A stretch of DNA of 64,000 nucleotides from Heterodontus francisci (Eukaryota): assembly GCF_036365525.1 (NCBI RefSeq), contig NC_090418.1:7418304-7482303 (forward strand), in the 5' to 3' direction. Of the stretch, positions 52,363-64,000 are shown one piece after another. The position numbers and the translations under genes were made by a program. A model generated the notes under the pieces. The model saw only the letters and a list, made by a program, of their open reading frames with translations. It was not told where the DNA came from and searched no databases. Position 1 is the stretch's first letter. Every line of letters begins with the position of its first letter.

Positions 52363-54803
52363 CGACACTCCTGTCTGTCCAGGGTCCCCGACACAGACAC
52401 TCCTGTCTGTCCAGGGTCCCCGACACAGACACTCCTGTCTGTCCAGAGTCCCCGACACAGACACTCCTGTCTGGCCAGGGTCACCGACACAGACACTCCT
52501 GTCCGTCCAGAGTCCCCGACACAGACACTCCTGTCTGGCCAGGGTCCTCGACACAGACACTCCTGTCTGTTCCGGGTCCCCGACACAGACACTCCTGTCT
52601 GTCCAGGGTCACCGACACAGACACTCCTGTCTGGCCAGGGTCACCGACACAGACACTCCTGTCTGGCCAGGGTCCCCGACACAGACGGTCCTGTCTGTCC
52701 AGGGTCCGCTACACAGACACTCCTGTCTGTCCAGTGTCCCCGACACAGACACTCCTGTCTGTCCAGTGTCCCCGACACAGACACTCCTGTCTGTCCAGCG
52801 TTCCCGACACAGACACTCCTGTCTGTCCAGGGTCCCCGACACTAACAATACTGTCTGTCCAGGGTCTCTGACACAGACACTCCTGTCTGTCCAGGGTCAC
52901 CGACACTCCTGTATGTCCAGGGTCCCTGACACAGACACTCCTGTCTGTCCAGGGTCACCGACACAGACACTCCTGTCTGTCCAGGGTCCCCGACATTGAC
53001 ACTCCTGTCTGTCCAGGGTCCCCGACACTGACACTCCTGTCTGTCCAGGGTCACCGACACAGACACTCCTGTCTGTCCAGGGTCCCCGACATTGACACTC
53101 CTGTCTGTCCAGGGTCCCCGACATTGACACTCCTGTCTGTCCAGGGTCCCCGACACTAACAATACTGTCTGTCCAGGGTCTCTGACACAGACACTCCTGT
53201 CTGTCCAGGGTCACCGACACTCCTGTATGTCCAGGGTCCCTGACACAGACACTCCTGTCTGTCCAGGGTCACCGACACAGACACTCCTGTCTGTCCAGGG
53301 TCCCCGACACTGACACTCCTGTCTGTCCAGGGTCCCCGACACTGACACTCATGTCTGTCCAGGGTCCCCGACACAGACACTCCCCTCTGTCCAGTGTCCC
53401 CGACACAGACACTTCTGTCTGTCCAGGGTTCCCGACACAGACACTCCTGTCTGTCCAGGGTTCCCGACACAGACACTCCTGTCTGGCCAGGGTCCTCAAC
53501 ACAGACACTCCTGTCTGGCCAGGGTCCCCGACACAGACACTCCTGTCTGGCCAGGGTCACCGACACAGACACTCCTGTCTGGCCAGGGTCACCGATACAG
53601 ACACTCCTGTCTGGCCAGGGTCCTCGACACAGACACTCCTGTCTGGCCAGGGTCCCCGACACAGACACTCCTGTCTGGCCAGGGTCACCGATACAGACAC
53701 TCCTATCTGGCCAGGGTCCCCGACACAGACGGTCCTGTCTGTCCAGGGTCCGCTACACAGACACTCCTGTCTGTCCAGTGTCCCCGACACAGACACTCCT
53801 GTCTGTCCAGCGTTCCCGACACAGACACTCCTGTCTGTCCAGGGTCCCCGACACCGACACTTCTGTCTGTCCAGGGTCCCCGACACAGACCCTCTTGTCT
53901 GTCCAGGGTCCCCGACACAGACACTCCTGTCTGTCCAGGGTCCCTGACATAGACACTCCAGTCTGTCCAGGGTCCCCGACACAGACCCTCTTGTCTGTCC
54001 AGGGTCCCCGACACCGACACTCCTGTCTGTCCAGGGTCCCCGACACCGACACTCCTGTCTGTCCAGGGTCCCTGACATAGACACTCTTGTCTGTCCAGGG
54101 TCCCCGACACAGACACTCCTGTCTGTCCAGGGTCCCTGACATAGACACTCTTGTCTGTCCAGGGTCCCCGACACCGACACTCCTGTCTGTCCAGGGTCCC
54201 TGACATAGACACTCTTGTCTGTCCAGGGTCCCCGACACAGACACTCCTGTCTGTCCAGCGTTCCCGACACAGACACTCCTGTCTGTCCAGGGTCCCCGAC
54301 ACCGACACTCCTGTCTGTCCAGGGTCCCCGACACAGACCCTCTTGTCTGTCCAGGGTCCCCGACATAGACACTCCTGTCTGTCCAGGGTCCCCGACACCT
54401 ACACTCCTGTCTGTCCAGGGTCCCCGACACCGACACTCCTGTAGTCCAGGGTCCCTGACATAGACACTCTTGTCTGTCCAGGGTCCCCGACATAGACACT
54501 CCAGTCTGTCCAGCGTCCCTGACACTGACACTCCTGTCTGTCCAGGGTCCCCGACACAGACACTCCTGTCTGTCCAGGGCCCCCGACACAGACACTCCTG
54601 TCTGTCCAGGGCCCCCGACACAGACACTCCTGTCTGTCCAGGGTACCCGACACAGACACTCCTGTCTGTCCAGGGTACCCGACACAGACACTCCTGTCTG
54701 TCCAGGGTCCCCGACACAGACACTCCTGTCTGGCCAGGGCCCCCGACACAGACACTCCTGTCTGTCCAGCGTTCCCGACACAGACACTCCTGTCTGTCCA
54801 GTG
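52363..54803. repeat. 32-bp minisatellite (about 76 units) in intron 2
   Basis: Unit acactcctgtctgtccagggtccccgacacag. Confidence 0.97.
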
Positions 54804-54902
54804 TATCTAATGCTGAGTGTTCCCTGTATTTCTCGCTGTGCTCCTGGATTTTGTCCACATTCCTGTTTCCACATCATTGCTGTGGATTTCTGTATTTCAC
54901 AG

Positions 54903-55079
54903 CGCGGGAGCCCCAAACTACAACAGCCCAGTTAACCTCCTCACTGACTGCAACATCTCCAGAAGGCAACAAACTGGGCCAGTGGGTGATCCTAATAATC
55001 AGGTCCATGCTCGCACTGGGAATACTGACGGTTGTTTGGCTGATTGGAATTTATCTGATGAGGAGAAAGAAAGTTACGG
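54903..55079 (+). CDS. PILR-like receptor copy A, stalk+TM exon
   Basis: Acceptor tatttcacag|; AREPQTTTAQLTSSLTATSP stalk, TM WVILIIRSMLALGILTVVWLIGIYLM, stop-transfer RRKK; either donor G|GTAATC at 55080 or read-through to TAG 55117 with AATAAA at 55158. Confidence 0.85.
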
Positions 55080-56620
55080 GTAATCTGAGTATTCTGACTT
55101 CATTTGTAGTTATTTAGATAAATGTGATGCTTTTTTAAAGAAGATCTGGTGTCCCTCAATAAAACCAGTGACCATCCCCCAATGTACAATCTCTGTATGA
55201 CTGGGCTCCCAACATCACTACAGCCTTGGTGCAAACTGAGGTGAAATCCAGAGGTGAGGTGAGAGTGACTGCCCTTGACATCAAGGCAGCATTTGACCGA
55301 GGGTGGCATCAAGGAGCTTGGCAAAACTGGAGTTAATGGGAATCAGAGGGAAAAACTCTCCACAGGTTGGAGTCATACCTAGCACAAAGGAAGATGGTTG
55401 TGGTTGTTGGAGGTCAATCATCTCAGACCCAGGACATCTCTGCAGGAGTTCCTCAGGGTAGTGACCTAGGTCAAAACAGCTTCTGCTGCTTCATCAATGA
55501 CCTTTCTTCAGTCATAAGGTCAGAAGTGGTGATGATGGCTAGTGATTGCACAATGTTCAGTAGCATTAACAACTTTTCAAGATACGGACGTAGTCCGTGG
55601 TTGCAATTGAGAAACCTGGCTGTAAAGTCAACCGTCATCGATTGGGAAACCAGCAAAGTCAAAAAGGGTGAAAGGAAGAAGAGGTTTATCAAGGAGTGGT
55701 GGGTTGGTGATACAAGGGTTGGGTTTTCAAAGCCATTGGTTGGACGAGGAAGGGAAGAGCGCGTGTGGTGAGGAGCTTGGGACGGAAGAGTTTGGAAACC
55801 TCAGAGGGACGATGACCATTATAGTATCACCAAAATAGACATAGAGGAGATGTAGAGAGAGTGAAGGTGACTGGAGGTGAGAGAGGGGTCCATCAAAACA
55901 CAACGAGCATCCCGTGGCATGAGTGCAGAGATACTGGACTAGTGGGGTCATGCGCCCAGGGCTGCGTCCAGGGGCGCAGTTGGCAAATTGCCTCCAAAAT
56001 GGACCCGACACTAACCCCCACCTGGCTGAAGTGAAATTGTCTCAATTTGAAGAGCTTTCCGGAAGCTCTGCAAACAGGTACAATTGATGGGAACTTGCCA
56101 ATCCCAATATTTCAATCTGGCAGCATGGGCAGTTCTGTGGGTGAGGAGGGCAATAATTTCAAACCCCGCGTTCAGAGCAGAAACCCAATTTACACCTGAC
56201 GTCACTTACGGTTAATATTCCTCGACCTTAGGCACTGATTCCACCGATTTCACCTCTTTGCCGCTGCTTACACAGGCCCCAAACAGGACAAACTCGAAGA
56301 CAATGTAGTGATGGGTATCACTCCTTTACACCTAAGATTCCCCGATCTTTTAACACTAACTTTCCTCGGCCACGCTCGGATTTTAGCTGTTGTCTGGGAA
56401 GAAATCAGACGGAAGCTCAGAGCCCAGATCTGAGAGAGGAGGAGGGACTTGATATGAAGAGATAATTTCCCAATTGGAGACGGAAGTGGAACCAGAGAAA
56501 TAGGAAGGAGAAAAACAGAACTAACTGGTCAGAAATAGTGAGTGTGTCACAAAGGCCGTCTCAGTATCCTGTGGTCTGTGAAGCCTCCTTCAGACTCACA
56601 GAGTGAGATGAGTAGCTGTC

Positions 56621-56663
56621 ATGGACTCTGTTCTCCATCTGATCATTCTGCATCTCTCCGTCA
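56621..56663 (+). CDS. PILR-like receptor copy B, leader exon
   Basis: Identical to 47970-48012 (+8651). Confidence 0.8.
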
Positions 56664-57708
56664 GTGAGCAAACCAAATTTTATTTTCCTTTCTCGAGTTT
56701 CGTGCCTCCATTTTAACATCCCTGCTCTATCCATGCAGTCCCTCCCAGGGGCCTCCCACAGCTGCTCCTGGCTTTCCATTTAACACATGGATTAATCAAT
56801 TGCCACCAATGTGATGCCCACCCAAGTTGAAGAGTATAGGAGGGGGAACAACAAGAACAGCAGGAAAACCTCCCAAGGTGCTCGCCAGAGGCATACGCAG
56901 AAAAGGGGCACAGTGCCAAAGCAGATATTAGGAGGAGTAACCCAAAGATAGGTCAATGAGGTGGGTCTTGAAGACAGAGAGAGGCAGAGACGTTTTAGGG
57001 ATGGAATTCCAGAGTTGCGGAATGAGATGGCTGAGGGCACAGACCATAATGTTGGGGCAAAGGGAGTGAAGTCAGCACAAGAGACCGAAATTGGAAGAAT
57101 GCAGATATGTCGGAGGGTTGTCGGGCTGGAGGAGGTTACAGAGATAGGGAAGGGAGGAATCGAGACCATGAAAGGATTTAAAGACGAGGATGAGAATTTT
57201 ACACTGGGGGCTTTGGTGGTCTGGGAGCCAGTGTAGGTCAGCAAGCACAGTGAGAGGGGAGGTGACTGGGTGAACAGGAATTGGAGTGGATAGGGTACAG
57301 TACAGCAGAGGTTTGACAGATGAGTTGAAGGTTAAGGAAGGTGGAGGATGGACAATGGGCCAGGACTGATCAGGAAGTCGTGGTCAAGATAATCGAACTG
57401 TGGTTTTTAAAACTGAAAAACAGAAATGGAGAGAGTAGGGAGGGCTCCACATTACAGTCATGGAGAAGTAACGGGCGGTTTAACACTGCGGGCACCTGGT
57501 GTCGTGTCCCTGATGGTGATGGGTGAGGGGTGGGAGGGGATTCAGTAACACAGAGAGATTAGACCAGGAGCCTGTCCAAGGCCAACTCCCAGTCACTCCC
57601 CCAGACACAAACATCGGGTACAAAGCAACATTTGTAGAGCACAAGAGGCAACCATAGAGACCGCCTCGAAACCAGGAAACAGTGGGAAAGAACAGAAAAA
57701 GAGGAATT

Positions 57709-60263
57709 TACAGGCTGGAATCTAATGCAGCGATACAATGTAGTTTATATATGGAATAACAGATACCCGGGAGTGAGTTACAGACTGGAATTTAATCGAG
57801 GGGTTCGGGGGGTTTAAATACAGAATAACAGATACCCGGGTGTGAGTTACAGACTGGAATCTAATCAAGGGGTTCGGGGTTTTTTTTATATCGAATAACA
57901 GATAACCGGCGGTAAGTTACAGACTGGAATCTAATCGAGGGGTTCGGGGGGTTTATATAAGGAATAATAGATACCCGGGAGTGAGTCACAGACTGGAATC
58001 TAATCGAAGGGTTCATGCGGTTTATATATAGAATAACAGATATCCGGGAGTGAGTCACAGACTGGAATCTAATCGGGGGTTCAGGGGGTTTATATATAGA
58101 ATAACAGATACCCGGGAGTGAGTTACAGACTGGAATCTAATCGAGGGGATCGGGGGTTTATATATAGAATAACAGATACCCGGGTGTGAGTTACAGACTG
58201 GAATCTAATCGAGGGGTTCGGGGGGTTTATATATAGAATAACAGATACCCGGAAGTGAGTTACAGGCTGGAATCTAATCGAGGGGTTGAGGGGGTTTATA
58301 TATAGAATAACAGATACCCGGGAGTGAGTTACAGACTGGAATCGTATCGAGGGGTTCAGGGGGTTTATATAAGGAATAATAGATACCCGGGAGTGAGTCA
58401 CAGACTGGAATCTAATCGAAGGGTTCATGCGGTTTATATATAGAATAACAGATATCCGGGAGTGAGTCACAGACTGGAATCTAATCGAGGGGTTCGGGGG
58501 GTTTATATATGGAATAACAGATACCCAGGAGTGAGTTACAGACTGGAATCTAATCGAGAGGTTCAGGGGGTTTATATATAGAATAACAGATACCCAGGAG
58601 TGAGTTACAGACTGGAATCTAATCGAGGGGTTCGGGGGGTTTATATATGGAATAACAGATACCCGGGAGAGAGTTACAGGCTGGAATCTAATCGAGGGGT
58701 TGAGGGGGTTTATATATAGAATAACAGATACCCGGGAGTGAGTTACAGACTGGAATCGTATCGAGGGGTTCAGGGGGTTTATATATAGAATAACAGATAC
58801 CCAGGAGTGAGTTACAGACTGGAATCTAATCGAGGGGTTCGGGGGGTTTATATATGGAATAACAGATACCCGGAAGTGAGTTACAGGCTGGAATCTAATC
58901 GAGGGGTTCAGGTGGTTTATATATAGAATAACAGATACCCAGGAGTGAGTTACAGACTGGAATCTAATCGAGGGGTTCGGGGGGTTTATATATGGAATAA
59001 CAGATACCCGGAAGTGAGTTACAGGCTGGAATCTAATCGAGGGGTTCAGGTGGTTTATATATAGAATAACAGATACCCAGGAGTGAGTTACAGACTGGAA
59101 TCTAATCGAGGGGTTCAGGGGGTTTATATATAGAATAACAGATACCCAGGAGTGAGTTACAGACTGGAATCTAATCGAGGGGTTCGGGGGGTTTATATAT
59201 GGAATAACAGATACCCGGAAGTGAGTTACAGGCTGGAATCTAATCGAGGGGTTCAGGGGGTTTATATATAGAATAACAGATACCCAGGAGTGAGTTACAG
59301 ACTGGAATCTAATCGAGGGGTTCAGGGGGTTTATATATAGAATAACAGATACCCAGGAGTGAGTTACAGACTGGAATCTAATCGAGGGGTTCAGGGGGTT
59401 TATATATAGAATAACAGATCCCCAGGAGTGAGTTACAGACTGGAATCTAATCGAGGGGATCGGGGGGTTTATATATGGAATAACAGATACCCGGGAGAGA
59501 GTTACAGACTGGAATCTAATCGAGGGGTTCAGGGGGTTTATATATAGAATAACAGATACCCGGGAGTAAGTTACAGACTGGAATCTAATCGAGGGGATCG
59601 GGGGGTTTTTATATAGAATAACAGATACCCGGGAGTGAGTTACAGACTGGAATCTAATCAAGGGGATCGGGGTGTTTATATATAGAATAACAGATACCCG
59701 GGAGTGAGTTACAGACTGGAATCTAATCGAGGGGTTCGGGAGGTTTATATATGGAATAACAGATACCCGGGAGAGAGTTACAGACTGGAATCTAATCGAG
59801 GGGTTCAGGGGGTTTATATATAGAATAACAGATACCCGGGAGTAAGTTACAGACTGGAATCTAATCGAGGGGATCGGGGGGTTTTTATATAGAATAACAG
59901 ATACCCGGGAGTGAGTTACAGTCTGGCATCTAATTGAGGGCTTTGGGGGTTTATATATAAAATAACAGATACCCGGGAGTGAGTTACAGACTGGAATCTT
60001 ATCGGGGGGTAAGCGGGGTTTATATATGGAATAACAGATACCCGGGAGTGAGTTACAGACTGGAATCTAATCGAGGGCTTTGGGGGTTTATATATAAAAT
60101 AACAGATACCCGGCAGTGAGTTACAGACTGGAATCTTATCGGGGGGTTTGCGGGGTTCATATATAGAATAACAGGTTACCCAGGAGTGAGGTACAGACTG
60201 GAATCTAATCGAGGGGTTCGGGGGTTTATATATAGAATAACAGGTACCCAGGAGTGTGTTACA
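57709..60263. repeat. 69-bp satellite array in intron 1 of copy B
   Basis: Same variant order as 49058-51612. Confidence 0.97.
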
Positions 60264-60315
60264 GGTGGCTATTTCAGATACAGGATTCCTCTATTACTGG
60301 GAGTATTCAGGAGGT

Positions 60316-60444
60316 TCCGAAGAAGGGTCACTGACCCGAAACGTTAACTCTGCTTCTCTTTCCACAGATGCTGCCAGACCTGCTGAGTGATTCCAGCATT
60401 TCTTGTTTTTGTTTCAGATTTCCAGCATCCGCAATATTTTGCTT
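60316..60444 (+). mobile_element. Duplicate of the Penelope/hammerhead insertion
   Basis: Same sequence as 51665-51793. Confidence 0.75.
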
Positions 60445-60524
60445 GTATTCTGGAGGTAATTGTCTGTTGGTTGAGAGACTATTTATGATTCCTTAATAAC
60501 CATTTGCTGTTTCCTCTCTCTCAG

Positions 60525-60893
60525 TGATGATAAATGGAAATGATTTCCGTGTGTTCCAGCCCCCCAGCCTGGAGGGGGTGGTCGGGCAGTCGATCATTAT
60601 TCGCTGCTCATTCACTTACCCAGAAAACTACACACCCCAAAAGATTGACATTTCTTGGAGAAGACTTAATTTTCACGGAGAATTTATATTCAACACCTCA
60701 AAGGGGTACATTCACCCTGATTACCGAGGCCGGCTTGAATTCCTGGGTTCTCCATATAAGGAGAAGACCGGCACCATCAGGATAAATCAGCTGAAGCTTA
60801 GTGACTCGAACCAGTATTCCTGTCGTGTGGTGACATCAGGACACAGACCCGAGATGTGGCAAAACATCCCTGGGACATTCCTCTCAGTCCGAG
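60525..60893 (+). CDS. PILR-like receptor copy B, IgV exon
   Basis: Translation identical to copy A. Confidence 0.88.
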
Positions 60894-61013
60894 GTAAACG
60901 ACATTCCCATTTCTCAAACTTGACAACGTTAGGAACTGGTCTGTTCATCCCATATAGCAAAAGATGATCTGCCTAATGCAGCTGTCACCTTGACACATGG
61001 GACATCCCCGAAA

Positions 61014-63454
61014 CGACACTCCTGTCTGTCCAGGGTCCCCGACACAGACACTCCTGTCTGTCCAGGGTCCCCGACACAGACACTCCTGTCTGTCCAGAGT
61101 CCCCGACACAGACACTCCTGTCTGGCCAGGGTCACCGACACAGACACTCCTGTCCGTCCAGAGTCCCCGACACAGACACTCCTGTCTGGCCAGGGTCCTC
61201 GACACAGACACTCCTGTCTGTTCCGGGTCCCCGACACAGACACTCCTGTCTGTCCAGGGTCACCGACACAGACACTCCTGTCTGGCCAGGGTCACCGACA
61301 CAGACACTCCTGTCTGGCCAGGGTCCCCGACACAGACGGTCCTGTCTGTCCAGGGTCCGCTACACAGACACTCCTGTCTGTCCAGTGTCCCCGACACAGA
61401 CACTCCTGTCTGTCCAGTGTCCCCGACACAGACACTCCTGTCTGTCCAGCGTTCCCGACACAGACACTCCTGTCTGTCCAGGGTCCCCGACACTAACAAT
61501 ACTGTCTGTCCAGGGTCTCTGACACAGACACTCCTGTCTGTCCAGGGTCACCGACACTCCTGTATGTCCAGGGTCCCTGACACAGACACTCCTGTCTGTC
61601 CAGGGTCACCGACACAGACACTCCTGTCTGTCCAGGGTCCCCGACATTGACACTCCTGTCTGTCCAGGGTCCCCGACACTGACACTCCTGTCTGTCCAGG
61701 GTCACCGACACAGACACTCCTGTCTGTCCAGGGTCCCCGACATTGACACTCCTGTCTGTCCAGGGTCCCCGACATTGACACTCCTGTCTGTCCAGGGTCC
61801 CCGACACTAACAATACTGTCTGTCCAGGGTCTCTGACACAGACACTCCTGTCTGTCCAGGGTCACCGACACTCCTGTATGTCCAGGGTCCCTGACACAGA
61901 CACTCCTGTCTGTCCAGGGTCACCGACACAGACACTCCTGTCTGTCCAGGGTCCCCGACACTGACACTCCTGTCTGTCCAGGGTCCCCGACACTGACACT
62001 CATGTCTGTCCAGGGTCCCCGACACAGACACTCCCCTCTGTCCAGTGTCCCCGACACAGACACTTCTGTCTGTCCAGGGTTCCCGACACAGACACTCCTG
62101 TCTGTCCAGGGTTCCCGACACAGACACTCCTGTCTGGCCAGGGTCCTCAACACAGACACTCCTGTCTGGCCAGGGTCCCCGACACAGACACTCCTGTCTG
62201 GCCAGGGTCACCGACACAGACACTCCTGTCTGGCCAGGGTCACCGATACAGACACTCCTGTCTGGCCAGGGTCCTCGACACAGACACTCCTGTCTGGCCA
62301 GGGTCCCCGACACAGACACTCCTGTCTGGCCAGGGTCACCGATACAGACACTCCTATCTGGCCAGGGTCCCCGACACAGACGGTCCTGTCTGTCCAGGGT
62401 CCGCTACACAGACACTCCTGTCTGTCCAGTGTCCCCGACACAGACACTCCTGTCTGTCCAGCGTTCCCGACACAGACACTCCTGTCTGTCCAGGGTCCCC
62501 GACACCGACACTTCTGTCTGTCCAGGGTCCCCGACACAGACCCTCTTGTCTGTCCAGGGTCCCCGACACAGACACTCCTGTCTGTCCAGGGTCCCTGACA
62601 TAGACACTCCAGTCTGTCCAGGGTCCCCGACACAGACCCTCTTGTCTGTCCAGGGTCCCCGACACCGACACTCCTGTCTGTCCAGGGTCCCCGACACCGA
62701 CACTCCTGTCTGTCCAGGGTCCCTGACATAGACACTCTTGTCTGTCCAGGGTCCCCGACACAGACACTCCTGTCTGTCCAGGGTCCCTGACATAGACACT
62801 CTTGTCTGTCCAGGGTCCCCGACACCGACACTCCTGTCTGTCCAGGGTCCCTGACATAGACACTCTTGTCTGTCCAGGGTCCCCGACACAGACACTCCTG
62901 TCTGTCCAGCGTTCCCGACACAGACACTCCTGTCTGTCCAGGGTCCCCGACACCGACACTCCTGTCTGTCCAGGGTCCCCGACACAGACCCTCTTGTCTG
63001 TCCAGGGTCCCCGACATAGACACTCCTGTCTGTCCAGGGTCCCCGACACCTACACTCCTGTCTGTCCAGGGTCCCCGACACCGACACTCCTGTAGTCCAG
63101 GGTCCCTGACATAGACACTCTTGTCTGTCCAGGGTCCCCGACATAGACACTCCAGTCTGTCCAGCGTCCCTGACACTGACACTCCTGTCTGTCCAGGGTC
63201 CCCGACACAGACACTCCTGTCTGTCCAGGGCCCCCGACACAGACACTCCTGTCTGTCCAGGGCCCCCGACACAGACACTCCTGTCTGTCCAGGGTACCCG
63301 ACACAGACACTCCTGTCTGTCCAGGGTACCCGACACAGACACTCCTGTCTGTCCAGGGTCCCCGACACAGACACTCCTGTCTGGCCAGGGCCCCCGACAC
63401 AGACACTCCTGTCTGTCCAGCGTTCCCGACACAGACACTCCTGTCTGTCCAGTG
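61014..63454. repeat. 32-bp minisatellite in intron 2 of copy B
   Basis: Same as 52363-54803. Confidence 0.97.
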
Positions 63455-63553
63455 TATCTAATGCTGAGTGTTCCCTGTATTTCTCGCTGTGCTCCTGGAT
63501 TTTGTCCACATTCCTGTTTCCACATCATTGCTGTGGATTTCTGTATTTCACAG

Positions 63554-63730
63554 CGCGGGAGCCCCAAACTACAACAGCCCAGTTAACCTCCTCACTGACT
63601 GCAACATCTCCAGAAGGCAACAAACTGGGCCAGTGGGTGATCCTAATAATCAGGTCCATGCTCGCACTGGGAATACTGACGGTTGTTTGGCTGATTGGAA
63701 TTTATCTGATGAGGAGAAAGAAAGTTACGG
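63554..63730 (+). CDS. PILR-like receptor copy B, stalk+TM exon
   Basis: Identical to 54903-55079; any further exons lie beyond the window. Confidence 0.85.
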
Positions 63731-64000
63731 GTAATCTGAGTATTCTGACTTCATTTGTAGTTATTTAGATAAATGTGATGCTTTTTTAAAGAAGATCTGG
63801 TGTCCCTCAATAAAATCAGTGACCATCCCCCAATGTACAATCTCTGTATGACTGGGCTCCCAACATCACTACAGCCTTGGTGCAAACTGAGCTGAAATCC
63901 AGAGGTGAGGTGAGAGTGAGTGCCCTTGAACAGCAAGGCAGCATTTGACCGAGGGTGGCATCAAGGAGCCCTAGCAAAATTGGAGTCAATGGGAATCAGA

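Noticed and set aside
52339-54902. Long Cys/Pro/Thr ORFs on both strands, one in frame with the TM exon
   Set aside because: Products of the 32-bp minisatellite; a clean acceptor at 54902 defines the real exon

Overview
Repeat-rich vertebrate genomic DNA, almost certainly a cartilaginous fish (shark-type V-SINE/HE1, DeuSINE, CR1, Penelope, Tx1/L1 elements and satellites), with one N-gap at 8868-9072. Spliced genes reconstructed by hand: (1) a two-exon SPRY/SOCS-box gene (SPSB family, 16268-18947); (2) a three-coding-exon single B7/butyrophilin-type IgV protein ending in a GPI-anchor-like signal (23012-27484); (3) from about 38.5 kb to the window end, a tandem cluster of PILR-like single IgV receptor genes: an orphan promoter+leader, a pseudogene and two apparently identical intact copies 8651 bp apart. 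The PILR-like proteins keep the Siglec/PILR sialic-acid-binding Arg, the FHG and WQ motifs and both canonical Ig cysteines, and have a Thr/Ser stalk and an Arg in the TM helix (activating-receptor type). The cluster shows birth-and-death evolution involving intronic minisatellites, a young Tx1/L1 insertion and a hammerhead-bearing Penelope fragment. A weaker minus-strand micro-exon gene (MGNLTGKLVM...) may start near 6.0 kb. All family assignments come from motif recognition, not database searches.
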